Source: Candidatus Puniceispirillum sp.
Lineage (GTDB): Bacteria; Pseudomonadota; Alphaproteobacteria; Caedimonadales; UBA1908
Reading direction: 5' to 3'
Length of the DNA stretch: 64,000 nucleotides
NCBI GenBank assembly: GCA_013822015.1
Contig: PNJU01000001.1
Coordinates: 16,797-80,796, forward strand
Below the pieces are notes generated by a model. It did not search any database. It saw only the letters and a list, made by a program, of their open reading frames with translations, and had not been told where the DNA came from. The translations under genes and the position numbers were made by a program. Below, piece after piece: positions 26,445 through 35,248 of this stretch (positions are counted from its first letter, which is position 1; each line of letters starts with the position of its first letter).

Positions 26445-27206
26445 ATGTCTAGCCAGATCCGCACACAGCTCAGCGACCTCTTAAATAGCAACACAATGCA
26501 CGGCTTTATTATTGCCATTGTTCTTTGCAACGGCGTTGTTTTGGGCCTGCGCACGGAACCAACCCTTGAGGCGCATCTGGGAGAGTTTCTCAGTTTGCTT
26601 GATAACCTGACCATTGGTCTGCTCATTGGTGAGGTGCTCCTCAGGTTTATGTTAACGGGATCGCATTTTTTCAAGCGAGGTTGGAATATCTTTGACGCCG
26701 TGATCCTGTCCTTGTCTGTTTTTGCCATTCTCTATAATGTCCCTGTTTTGGCGGCGCTGCGTATCATGCTGCTCTTTCGCATCATTGAGCTCATCCCCAC
26801 CATGAAACATGTGGTGGAGGCCATTAAGCGCGCAGTAGAAGGGCTCACCAATGCGGTTATTCTGCTCCTTGTGGTGTTCTATACCTTCTCCGTTGCTGCC
26901 ACCCACCTCTTTGGCACCATTGCGGGCGATCACTTCGGCAATGTGGGGCGTGCCATGTTTACACTCTTTCAAGTCATGGCCTTTGACAACCTTGGTGACA
27001 TCATCCGCCCGCTCATGGAAAAGCAGACCTGGGCGTGGGCCTTCTTTGTGGTCTTTCTGATTCTGACGGCGTTCTCGATTTTGAACCTCTTCATTGGTAT
27101 CATTGTCCAAGCCATGCAAGACGCCTCTAACGCCTTGGCAAAACACAAGAAAGTGACCCCAAACACCCAGAGCGCCGCCACGCCCCCTGCGGCAACAAAG
27201 GAGTAG
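26445..27206 (+). CDS. single-domain voltage-gated-like cation channel (BacNav/NaChBac family) with an atypical pore
   Basis: Six-TM layout. S4-like LAALRIMLLFRIIELIPTMK. The pore FTLFQVMAFDNLGDIIRP aligns with the NavAb FTLFQVMTLESWSMGIVRP as I recall it. Confidence 0.7.
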   Translation: MSSQIRTQLSDLLNSNTMHGFIIAIVLCNGVVLGLRTEPTLEAHLGEFLSLLDNLTIGLLIGEVLLRFMLTGSHFFKRGWNIFDAVILSLSVFAILYNVPVLAALRIMLLFRIIELIPTMKHVVEAIKRAVEGLTNAVILLLVVFYTFSVAATHLFGTIAGDHFGNVGRAMFTLFQVMAFDNLGDIIRPLMEKQTWAWAFFVVFLILTAFSILNLFIGIIVQAMQDASNALAKHKKVTPNTQSAATPPAATKE

Positions 27207-27309
27207 GGGCGCTTTTTAAGGTGCTTTTGCATAAAAATTGACTCAAAAGGCGAGAGATTTGATATAAGCTGATCCTAGGCTCATTTTTGCTAGCAAAGGC
27301 AGTTTTTAC

Positions 27310-28452
27310 GTGAAACTTGTTGTTTTAAAAGAGACGGCGCCCCATGAAAAGCGTGTGGCTCTGACTCCTGAGGTCGCCGCCAAGCTCATCCATGGAGGCC
27401 ACAGCGTCTGGGTGGAAACCGGGGCAGGTCTTGGCTCGAGCATCTTGGACGAAGCATTCACCAAGGCGGGTGCACAGATTTTCTCTGATCTCTCGTCCAC
27501 GCTTAAAGACGCAGATATCCTCCTGAAGGTAGGCGTGCCCAGCACGGACGCGGCACGGGACGAGCTTGGCCCCCTCAAAGAAGGTGCAAGTCTTGTGGCC
27601 ATGTTGTCCCCACACACCCACAAGGATCTCTTCACGCGCTATAACGCCAGGAAACTGACAAGCTTCTCCCTGGAGCTCATCCCGCGCATTACCCGCGCCC
27701 AAAGCATGGACGTTTTGTCATCCCAGAGTAACCTGGCCGGCTACCGCGCGGTCATGGAAGCAGCAGCCCTTTATGACAAGGCCTTCCCCATGATGATGAC
27801 CGCCGCAGGCACCGTGGCTCCGGCCCGCGTCATGATTTTGGGTGCGGGCGTGGCTGGCCTTCAAGCCATTGCCACGGCAAAGCGCCTGGGCGCCATTGTG
27901 TGCGCCTTCGACGTGCGTGAGGCGGCAAAGGAGCAAGTGGAGAGCCTGGCCGCCACCTTTATCTCTGTCCCTGCCAATCAAGGGGGCGAGACCGCCGGCG
28001 GCTATGCCAAGGAAATGGATGATGATTACAAAGCGCGCCAGGCCCAAAAGATAAAGGAGACCCTTGCGACCCAGGACATCGTCATTACAACGGCCTTGAT
28101 TCCCGGCAGACCAGCACCTCTTCTCATTACCCAAGACATGGTCGAGGGTATGAAGAGCGGCGCCATCATTGTGGATATGGCTGTGGAATCGGGCGGTAAC
28201 TGCGCCATGTCTAAGCTGGGCGAGATTGTGACAACCCCAAACCACGTGCGCATTATAGGACACCCAAACCTGCCTAGCCGTATTGCCCGCGACGCCAGCG
28301 CCTTATATGCGCGCAACATGCTGAACTTTTTGGGACTGCTCCTTCCACAAGGGGAAACTGGCCCCAACTGGGAAGACGAAATTTTGCAAAAGACCCTTCT
28401 CACCAAAGAAGGCGCGACTTGCCACCCGGACTTTAAGGAGAACACCCAATGA
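27310..28452 (+). CDS. pntAA: NAD(P) transhydrogenase subunit alpha part 1
   Basis: AlaDH/PNT fold. ILGAGVAGLQAIATAKRLGA NAD site. Followed by the alpha-2 and beta subunit genes. Confidence 0.93.
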   Translation: MKLVVLKETAPHEKRVALTPEVAAKLIHGGHSVWVETGAGLGSSILDEAFTKAGAQIFSDLSSTLKDADILLKVGVPSTDAARDELGPLKEGASLVAMLSPHTHKDLFTRYNARKLTSFSLELIPRITRAQSMDVLSSQSNLAGYRAVMEAAALYDKAFPMMMTAAGTVAPARVMILGAGVAGLQAIATAKRLGAIVCAFDVREAAKEQVESLAATFISVPANQGGETAGGYAKEMDDDYKARQAQKIKETLATQDIVITTALIPGRPAPLLITQDMVEGMKSGAIIVDMAVESGGNCAMSKLGEIVTTPNHVRIIGHPNLPSRIARDASALYARNMLNFLGLLLPQGETGPNWEDEILQKTLLTKEGATCHPDFKENTQ

Positions 28453-28859
28453 CCGTTGATACCTTTTTTGATGGCGTGCGCGCACTCACCGCGTCCGCCA
28501 TGAACGTTTCCCTCGACGCCCCTGCTAGCGAGAGCGTTTTTGTGCAGGTGAGCGAAACCCTTGTGACAAATGCGGGCCCCTCACCTTTTCTCATGGGACT
28601 AACGGTGTTTGTGCTGGCATGCTTTGTGGGGTACTACGTTGTGTGGCAGGTCACCCCTGCCCTCCACTCCCCCCTCATGGCCGTCACCAACGCCATCTCC
28701 AGCGTGATTATCGTGGGCGCGCTCCTGACTGGCGGCGTTGACTTGGCGGGGGAGGCGAAATTCTTAGGCGCCGCCGCCACCTTCCTGGCCGCCATCAATA
28801 TCTTTGGGGGCTTTGCCGTGACCACCCGCATGCTGCGCATGTTTGAGAAAAAGAAGTAA
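28449..28859 (+). CDS. pntAB: NAD(P) transhydrogenase subunit alpha part 2 (membrane)
   Basis: Small hydrophobic protein. LHSPLMAVTNAISSVIIVGAL motif. 4-nt overlap with pntAA. Confidence 0.9.
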   Translation: MTVDTFFDGVRALTASAMNVSLDAPASESVFVQVSETLVTNAGPSPFLMGLTVFVLACFVGYYVVWQVTPALHSPLMAVTNAISSVIIVGALLTGGVDLAGEAKFLGAAATFLAAINIFGGFAVTTRMLRMFEKKK

Positions 28860-28869
28860 GGAGCCACCC

Positions 28870-30270
28870 ATGAGCGAGAACCTTCTGGCCCTGTGCTATC
28901 TTATTTCTTCCGTTTGTTTTGTGATGGCCCTGCGGGGCTTGTCCTCTCCAAAGACCTCCCGCATGGGAAATCTCTACGGGCAGGCAGGCATGACCCTGGC
29001 CGTGGGCGCAACCCTTGCCAACCCTTCTGTGACCAGCTTTGGGTGGATTATCCCAGCCCTTGTGGCAGGCGCGGGCGTGGGACTTTTCATTGCCAAGCGC
29101 ATCGTCATGACGGCGCTGCCGCAACTGGTGGCGGCCTTCCACAGCTTGGTGGGTCTTGCGGCCGTGTGTGTGGCGCTGGCGGCCTTTGCCCTGCCTGAAG
29201 CATTTGGTATTGGCACCGTTGGGAACGTTCACACGGGCTCCCTTGTGGAGATGTGCCTGGGCGTGATTGTGGGCTCTATCACCTTCTCGGGCTCCGTCAT
29301 TGCCTTTGCCAAACTCCAAGGCATTATGGGCGGCAAACCCATTCGCCTGCCTTTCCACCACGGTCTGAACGCCCTTCTGTTTGCAGGCCTTGTCATCTTT
29401 GGGACCCTCTTTGTCATGGGACAAAGTCAAGAGCTCTTCCTGATCGTTATTGCCCTCTCTCTCATTTTGGGCGTGACACTCATTATTCCCATTGGGGGCG
29501 CGGATATGCCTGTGATTGTGTCCATGCTCAACTCCTACTCCGGATGGGCGGCGGCCGGCATTGGCTTCACCCTGGAAAACAACCTCCTCATTATTACAGG
29601 CGCCCTTGTGGGCGCGTCGGGCGCCATTTTGAGCTACATCATGTGTAAAGGCATGAACCGCTCCTTGTGGAACGTGGTTTTTGGGGGACTTGGGGGCGAC
29701 GCTGGTGCCACCAGCGGCGACAAAGGACAAGCAGAAGCCCGCCCACCCGCAAAGGTTGGCAGCGCAGAAGATGCAGCGTTTCTTTTGTCCAACGCAACCT
29801 CCGTCATCATCGTGCCAGGATACGGCATGGCGGTGGCCCAAGCCCAACATGCTCTACGCGAGATGTCCGACGCCCTCAAGGAAAAAGGCATTCGCGTGCG
29901 CTACGCCATCCACCCTGTGGCAGGACGCATGCCAGGGCACATGAACGTGCTCTTGGCAGAGGCAAACGTGCCTTACGACGACGTATTTGAGCTTGAGGAC
30001 ATCAACAATGACTTTGCCACAACGGACGTGGCCTTTGTCATTGGCGCCAACGACGTGACCAATCCTGTGGCGAAATCCGACCCCACCAGCCCCATTTATG
30101 GTATGCCTGTTTTGGATGTGGAGCGGGCGCGCACGACCTTGTTCATTAAACGCTCCATGGCGTCAGGATACGCGGGTGTGGATAATGAGCTGTTCTATAG
30201 AGATGCCACCATGATGCTGTTTGGTGACGCAAAAAAAATGTGCGAGCACATCATCAAAGCGCTGGCATAA
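28870..30270 (+). CDS. pntB: NAD(P) transhydrogenase subunit beta
   Basis: Multi-TM N-terminus plus the dIII domain IVPGYGMAVAQAQH...HPVAGRMPGHMNVLLAEA...GANDVTNP. Confidence 0.94.
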   Translation: MSENLLALCYLISSVCFVMALRGLSSPKTSRMGNLYGQAGMTLAVGATLANPSVTSFGWIIPALVAGAGVGLFIAKRIVMTALPQLVAAFHSLVGLAAVCVALAAFALPEAFGIGTVGNVHTGSLVEMCLGVIVGSITFSGSVIAFAKLQGIMGGKPIRLPFHHGLNALLFAGLVIFGTLFVMGQSQELFLIVIALSLILGVTLIIPIGGADMPVIVSMLNSYSGWAAAGIGFTLENNLLIITGALVGASGAILSYIMCKGMNRSLWNVVFGGLGGDAGATSGDKGQAEARPPAKVGSAEDAAFLLSNATSVIIVPGYGMAVAQAQHALREMSDALKEKGIRVRYAIHPVAGRMPGHMNVLLAEANVPYDDVFELEDINNDFATTDVAFVIGANDVTNPVAKSDPTSPIYGMPVLDVERARTTLFIKRSMASGYAGVDNELFYRDATMMLFGDAKKMCEHIIKALA

Positions 30271-30282
30271 AACACTTTGACC

Positions 30283-30310
30283 GGGGGGCTTTGCCCCCCT
30301 CTTGCTCTCT
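30283..30310 (+). terminator. candidate terminator after pntB
   Basis: GGGGGG CTTTG CCCCCC hairpin followed by a T-rich stretch. Confidence 0.45.
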
Positions 30311-30398
30311 CAAAGACAATCCCACTTTTCACATTAAAATTTGACTTTTCTTTTTTTTGCCATATATGACAATGGGAATAAACAACCCTGGTTTTAAA

Positions 30399-31820
30399 AT
30401 GAAAAAGTCACTCCTTTCTCTTCTTTTTCTTCTTTCCGCTTCCAATGTATTTGGGTCGGCAGATAGTGAGGACGTCAAAGACGCGATCATTATTGGGGCA
30501 GGTCTTTCAGGTCTGAACGCTGCGCGCACCATTCACGCGGGCGCGCCTGCTGCGAGCATGCTTGTGCTTGAAGGGCGTGACCGTCTGGGTGGACGTACCT
30601 GGACCCATGAAAGCGTTGAGATGGGCGGCGAGATTATCGACACCGATCAAGTTTTCATTCAAAAGCTTGTGAAGGAGCTGGGCCTGAAGCTCGATACGGT
30701 GAAGCTGGACGGTGAGGTTTTCGGTCTTCAAGACGGGCAAAAGCTAAATGCGGGCACTCTAAGCCAAACACTTGGCTCCCTTACAAGAAAACTTACAGTG
30801 CTCCAGAAAACCCTAAGCCCCGTAGAAAACACGACCTACTGCGACAATCAGTGGTCCTACGCGGCTCTTTTACCGCGCCTCAAATTAACTGACCTTGAGT
30901 TGCGTGTGTTTCGCGCCTTTGTGCAAGACGATGCGGGACACTCCCTTGACGAAACGCCACTCGTAAACTGCTCCCTGTGGGCGAGTCGTTTTGCCGAATA
31001 TAAAGAGCTTCTGGACGCAAAGTCCTCCTTTTTAAAGCGTCAGTTCTTGAAGACCTATACCTTCCAGTACCGCGTCCAGGGTGGCACCATACGCTTGTGT
31101 GAGGCTTTGGCTGCAGCTCTTCCTGCTGGGACCATCACCCTCAACACACCGGTTTCCCATATCACGCGTGCAGGATCTCATTACCGTGTTGCAACACACG
31201 GGAGGGACTTTTTCGCACGCCACCTCGTTGTCAGCGCACCTTTTTCTGTTCTGCGACAAGGGGGGCTCATGGACATGGACGCGCTTGGCTTACCACATGA
31301 AGTGCAAAACACTATCCACACCATGCCTTACGGCGTTAATGGCAAAGTCATTGTGCCAACAAATGATAGGGCACATATTAACTACTTTATTGACGCAAGC
31401 GCTGGCACCGCCGGTTGGAGCAATCCAAAGGGTGTCACGTTCATTGCCACCCTACCTAATCAGGTTGCCTCTTGCGAGGCAGCTGTAGGCGCCATGGGTT
31501 TTACACAGAGTGCACCCTCCCAAAGTGTGTTCTGGTCCCAAGACCCCTTTGCTCGTGGATCGTGGAGCACCATGGTGGCCGGTGAGGATGCCCACGGCGT
31601 TCAGACGCGCTACACACCATCTCACCAGCTTCATGGTCTCACCCAAATGGCGGGTCCTTTTAATAATGACAGCCTCTTTTTTGTGGGCGAGCACACCTGT
31701 GACGGCGTCACAAAAATCAAGGCAAATAATAACAAAACTATCCCTACGGGATATATGCAAAGCGCACTGTTTTCAGGGCACATAGCAGGCTCTTACCTGG
31801 GCGAAAAACTGAAAAAGTAG
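30399..31820 (+). CDS. secreted flavin-dependent amine oxidase family protein
   Basis: Signal peptide MKKSLLSLLFLLSASNVFG. DAIIIGAGLSGLNAA...EGRDRLGGRT dinucleotide fold. C-terminal FFVGEHT. Confidence 0.75.
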   Translation: MKKSLLSLLFLLSASNVFGSADSEDVKDAIIIGAGLSGLNAARTIHAGAPAASMLVLEGRDRLGGRTWTHESVEMGGEIIDTDQVFIQKLVKELGLKLDTVKLDGEVFGLQDGQKLNAGTLSQTLGSLTRKLTVLQKTLSPVENTTYCDNQWSYAALLPRLKLTDLELRVFRAFVQDDAGHSLDETPLVNCSLWASRFAEYKELLDAKSSFLKRQFLKTYTFQYRVQGGTIRLCEALAAALPAGTITLNTPVSHITRAGSHYRVATHGRDFFARHLVVSAPFSVLRQGGLMDMDALGLPHEVQNTIHTMPYGVNGKVIVPTNDRAHINYFIDASAGTAGWSNPKGVTFIATLPNQVASCEAAVGAMGFTQSAPSQSVFWSQDPFARGSWSTMVAGEDAHGVQTRYTPSHQLHGLTQMAGPFNNDSLFFVGEHTCDGVTKIKANNNKTIPTGYMQSALFSGHIAGSYLGEKLKK

Positions 31821-31840
31821 TTTTTTTTACAAATCCAACG

Positions 31841-31880
31841 GCCCGAGGTCTAAAAAGCTCCTTCCTCGGGCTGTTATTTC
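31841..31880 (+). terminator. candidate terminator after the amine oxidase gene
   Basis: GCCCGAGG / CCTCGGGC stem followed by TGTTATTTCT. Confidence 0.45.
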
Positions 31881-31971
31881 TAAAAAAATTTGACAAACAG
31901 AACAGAAACGCCTATATCAACATTGCCCCAGTGGTATTTTTAACCTTTCTTAACGAAAGAAATTGAGACCC

Positions 31972-33792
31972 ATGACCATTTTTAATCGCAAATCCCAGGC
32001 ACTTGCCCTCCTGATGCTGACCGCTTCCTTTGGCGCAGGAACCCTTGAGGCAAGCACCGCAAAAGTGGCGCGCCCTATGGCGCACGATTTCAAAGTGGAG
32101 CCTTTCAAGACTGGGTCACTGGCGACTCCTAAAAAGAAGGATCCTCAGCAACAGGCGCTGGATGACATGATCCAGTCTCTGTGTGACGCCTTCTATAAAT
32201 CTATTCTTGAGCGCTCCGGCGACATTGTCCGCGTGCAAAAAGGTTACGCGGCAGGCGCAGGATCCGTAGGCTCATTTGGACGCGTTGCGCCTGAATTTGC
32301 CCCACGTACACAGCCCCGTAAGATGAATTTTGACCCACTTGTGGTATTGCAGCAGCTTTTGGACAGTGTTTCACAAAGCCCATCGCGTGCACCAGCTGCA
32401 CCCTCCTTTGCGCCGCCTCCACCGCCACCACCTCCAGTATTTGCTCAACGCGGCCCCCTCGTGATCCGCCGCGGACAAGCGCCCAACCCGCATCTTCAGG
32501 CGGCCAATGCAGCTCGCAACAGTGTCATTAACATGGGCGACTTAATGAATCGTGCGGCTGCCATGAGCGCTCGCCGAGGCGGCGGCGATGTGGTGATTCC
32601 TCCACGCCAAAATGGGCCAAACCCCTTCCAAGCGGTTCAGTTGCGCTCACGCACGCCCCAAACCCCCATGCAGGTGCATGATACGTCCACGAACGAGCTG
32701 GCAACTGTTTTTGCAGCTATGAACCGCAACAGAGCTAGCGCGCCCGTACCGGGTCAAGCGGCCACGCAGCCCAGCTTTGTGGGCATGGCGCCATCTGCGG
32801 TACGCGCCCTCATGCAGCAACAAAACGCAGCAAACCCCGCACCACGACGCAATTTCCGCGCACGCCCTGCAGTGACGATACCTTCGGCTACGCAGCCCGC
32901 AACCATTGCGGCACCAGCGGTGGCCGCGCAAGCACAAGTCCAGGTTCAGCCAAATGCGCCCGTGACACCAGTTGCAGCACAACCCCTCGCGCAGACAGGT
33001 CCTGTGCCTGTCACACCTAGCGTGGCACAGGGCGCAACACCTCCACCACCGCCCCCTCCCTACATTGCAAGATTGTCGGCAGTCCTTGGTGCAGCAGATC
33101 CCGGCAACCAAGACGCAGCCCTTCGCATTGCACAAAGTGCCCAACGTGCGCCGCTCTTGTCCCAGCTGTCACAGGGTAACCTCATGGCGGGACTTAGGCG
33201 CACAAGCTCACAGCAAACCATAACGCCAACACCTGTGACGCCAGCGCCTCAGGCCTCTCAGTCTTTGGGTCAATTATTTGTATCGCTTCTGGCGGGCAAT
33301 GCGTCCACGCAACAAACGCCAACGGCACGCCCAGTCATTGACCTAGACGCCGTGCGTAGAGAGCAAGAGGCCCGTGAGGCTGAGAACGCACAAAGGCAGG
33401 CCGCGGCGCGCGCCCGTGCTGAGCAGCAACACCTCGAGCGCATTGCACGTGAAGAAGCCGAGCGTCAGGAACGTGCAGAGCAAACACGCCGAGCGCAAGC
33501 CAACGCAAGTAGACAACAGGCCCTCGCCATGGCGCAAGAACCTGATGAGAATGCGCCGTCCGGCAGAGCTGTTTTGGCAAGTATCACCAGCTTTAACCTG
33601 AGCAACTTAAGATCTATTGCTGCGCATCCGGTGGCGCCTGTGGCCCCCCCGCCTCCCTCGCAACTCGACGCAGAGCGCCTTGAGCAAGCAAGGACTCAAA
33701 GCCACTTACAAGCGACTCTTGTTGGTAGAAGAGCTGCCATGGCCATCGACAGTGATGACGAGGACGATGGTGACGACGACTTCGATTGGTAG
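31972..33792 (+). CDS. proline-rich secreted protein with WH2-like motifs and a WASP-type connector-acidic (CA) C-terminus; putative Arp2/3 nucleation-promoting factor mimic
   Basis: Signal-like N-terminus. Poly-Pro tracts at 32413..32436 and 33040..33060. WH2-like APLLSQLSQGNLMAGLRRT (33148..33204) and GRAVLASITSFNLSNLRSI (33562..33618). C-terminus LQATLVGRRAAMAIDSDDEDDGDDDFDW. Confidence 0.6.
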   Translation: MTIFNRKSQALALLMLTASFGAGTLEASTAKVARPMAHDFKVEPFKTGSLATPKKKDPQQQALDDMIQSLCDAFYKSILERSGDIVRVQKGYAAGAGSVGSFGRVAPEFAPRTQPRKMNFDPLVVLQQLLDSVSQSPSRAPAAPSFAPPPPPPPPVFAQRGPLVIRRGQAPNPHLQAANAARNSVINMGDLMNRAAAMSARRGGGDVVIPPRQNGPNPFQAVQLRSRTPQTPMQVHDTSTNELATVFAAMNRNRASAPVPGQAATQPSFVGMAPSAVRALMQQQNAANPAPRRNFRARPAVTIPSATQPATIAAPAVAAQAQVQVQPNAPVTPVAAQPLAQTGPVPVTPSVAQGATPPPPPPPYIARLSAVLGAADPGNQDAALRIAQSAQRAPLLSQLSQGNLMAGLRRTSSQQTITPTPVTPAPQASQSLGQLFVSLLAGNASTQQTPTARPVIDLDAVRREQEAREAENAQRQAAARARAEQQHLERIAREEAERQERAEQTRRAQANASRQQALAMAQEPDENAPSGRAVLASITSFNLSNLRSIAAHPVAPVAPPPPSQLDAERLEQARTQSHLQATLVGRRAAMAIDSDDEDDGDDDFDW

Positions 33793-33800
33793 ACTTGACA

Positions 33801-33840
33801 CGCCCCCCGTATCACGGCATGCTGGGGGCGGTTCCTTTTA
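33801..33840 (+). terminator. candidate terminator
   Basis: CGCCCCC / GGGGGCG stem followed by GTTCCTTTTA. Confidence 0.45.
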
Positions 33841-33985
33841 AAGTGAAGAGCACACCACGCAATGGATTTTAGGGCACGCACCCTTTTGACGACCACCTTC
33901 ACCACCGCTGGGTCGCAGCGGTAATTCATTCTCTTTCCCTTTTGATGTTCATTTTTTCCCATTATACTTTTTAGGAGTGTGTGCC

Positions 33986-35164
33986 GTGTTGCGTCACTTG
34001 TTTCAGTCCTTATCGTTTCGCCTTATCCTGCTTGTGGGGTTTGTGATCTTTGGAGGTCATCACCTTCCCATCGTTTTCAAATCTTTTTTGTATGCGAGCG
34101 CCCAAACCATTCAAGACCTCATGGTCTTTGGAATTCCCTTCCTTATTTTTGCCTACATGTTTTCGTGCCTTGTGACCTTTCGTCAGCAGGCCGGTAAGTT
34201 CCTTGCGATTTTATTCTTAGGTGTTTGTGTGTCGAATGCTGCCTCAACGCTTCTGTCATACGGCGTGGCCACAAGTGCCCTTCACAATGTGGGGATTCTT
34301 TCCACAGCTGCCCTTGCCAAAGGTGGGGCGCTTACCCCCTTGTGGTCCTTTAAACTGCCAACCCTCCTGTCCAACCTTTGGGCGCTGGGTCTTGCTATTG
34401 CCTCTGGCATTATTGCACCTCTTGTCTTAAATCCAGAGAAGGTAGAAGCCTTTGCCAATACCATGAAAGAGTCTTGCAATACGGTCTTGTCCAAGGTTCT
34501 CTTGCCCATGATCCCTGTGCTTGTGGTAGGGTTTGCCCTCAAGATGCAGCATGAGGGCACACTCTTCCAGGCTTTTGAAACATATGGGAAAGTCGTGCTG
34601 TTGTTCGCGGCCACCCAAGTGCTGTATTTGACGTTTCTTTACGGAATGAGCGCACACTTTCGCCCGACGCTGTGGGCCAAGACCATCGGTAACGCCCTGC
34701 CCTCGGCTCTGACGGCCTTCACGACCATGTCGAGCTTAGCTGCCCTTTCATCGGCCATTGAAGGCGCGCGTAAGAACACGCGGCACGATCCCTTAGTGGA
34801 CGCCGTTGTGCCCGCAACGGTGAACTTTCACCTTGTGGGTGACTCCATCGCCATTCCCATTATGGCCCTTGCCATCATGACCAGCTTTGGTATGCCCATG
34901 CCTGGCCTTGAGACCTATCTTATTTTTGTGTTTTTCTTTGTGATTAACAAATTTGCTGTGGCAGCGGTTCCGGCGGGAGGTATCCTTGTGATGATTCCTG
35001 TTTTAAAGAGCTATCTTGGATTTACCCCTGATATGGCGAACCTCATTTTGACGCTGTATGTCCTGTTTGACGCCGTGTGTACCACAGCCAATATCCTTGG
35101 AAACGGTATCTTCGCCGTATTCTTTACAAGAATTTACCGGCGTATGAGTGCCATAGCGGCTTAA
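33986..35164 (+). CDS. membrane transporter, probably a divergent dicarboxylate/amino acid:cation symporter (DAACS) family member
   Basis: Multi-TM protein. TTMSSLAALS, VNFHLVGDS, AAVPAGGIL and LFDAVCTTANILGNG resemble the HP1 / NMDGT / HP2 / D..RT..N..G motifs of the family in degenerate form. GTG 33986 lies 8 nt after AGGAG. Confidence 0.5.
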   Translation: MLRHLFQSLSFRLILLVGFVIFGGHHLPIVFKSFLYASAQTIQDLMVFGIPFLIFAYMFSCLVTFRQQAGKFLAILFLGVCVSNAASTLLSYGVATSALHNVGILSTAALAKGGALTPLWSFKLPTLLSNLWALGLAIASGIIAPLVLNPEKVEAFANTMKESCNTVLSKVLLPMIPVLVVGFALKMQHEGTLFQAFETYGKVVLLFAATQVLYLTFLYGMSAHFRPTLWAKTIGNALPSALTAFTTMSSLAALSSAIEGARKNTRHDPLVDAVVPATVNFHLVGDSIAIPIMALAIMTSFGMPMPGLETYLIFVFFFVINKFAVAAVPAGGILVMIPVLKSYLGFTPDMANLILTLYVLFDAVCTTANILGNGIFAVFFTRIYRRMSAIAA

Positions 35165-35248
35165 CCGGGGAGACACAAAGGGACTAGCGGCGCTTTCTCG
35201 AACATGTTCTAATGAAATGATGAACAGGGATTTAGGCGAGGTCTTTTT

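Noticed and set aside
28795-29850. 351-aa minus-strand ORF
   Set aside because: Antisense to pntB. The translation is Gly/His/Ala/Arg/Asn-rich with no structure.
33696-33962. 88-aa minus-strand ORF downstream of the VCA-like gene
   Set aside because: It overlaps the 3' end and terminator hairpin of the plus-strand gene. It has no RBS or motif and a Ser/Lys-rich low-complexity translation.
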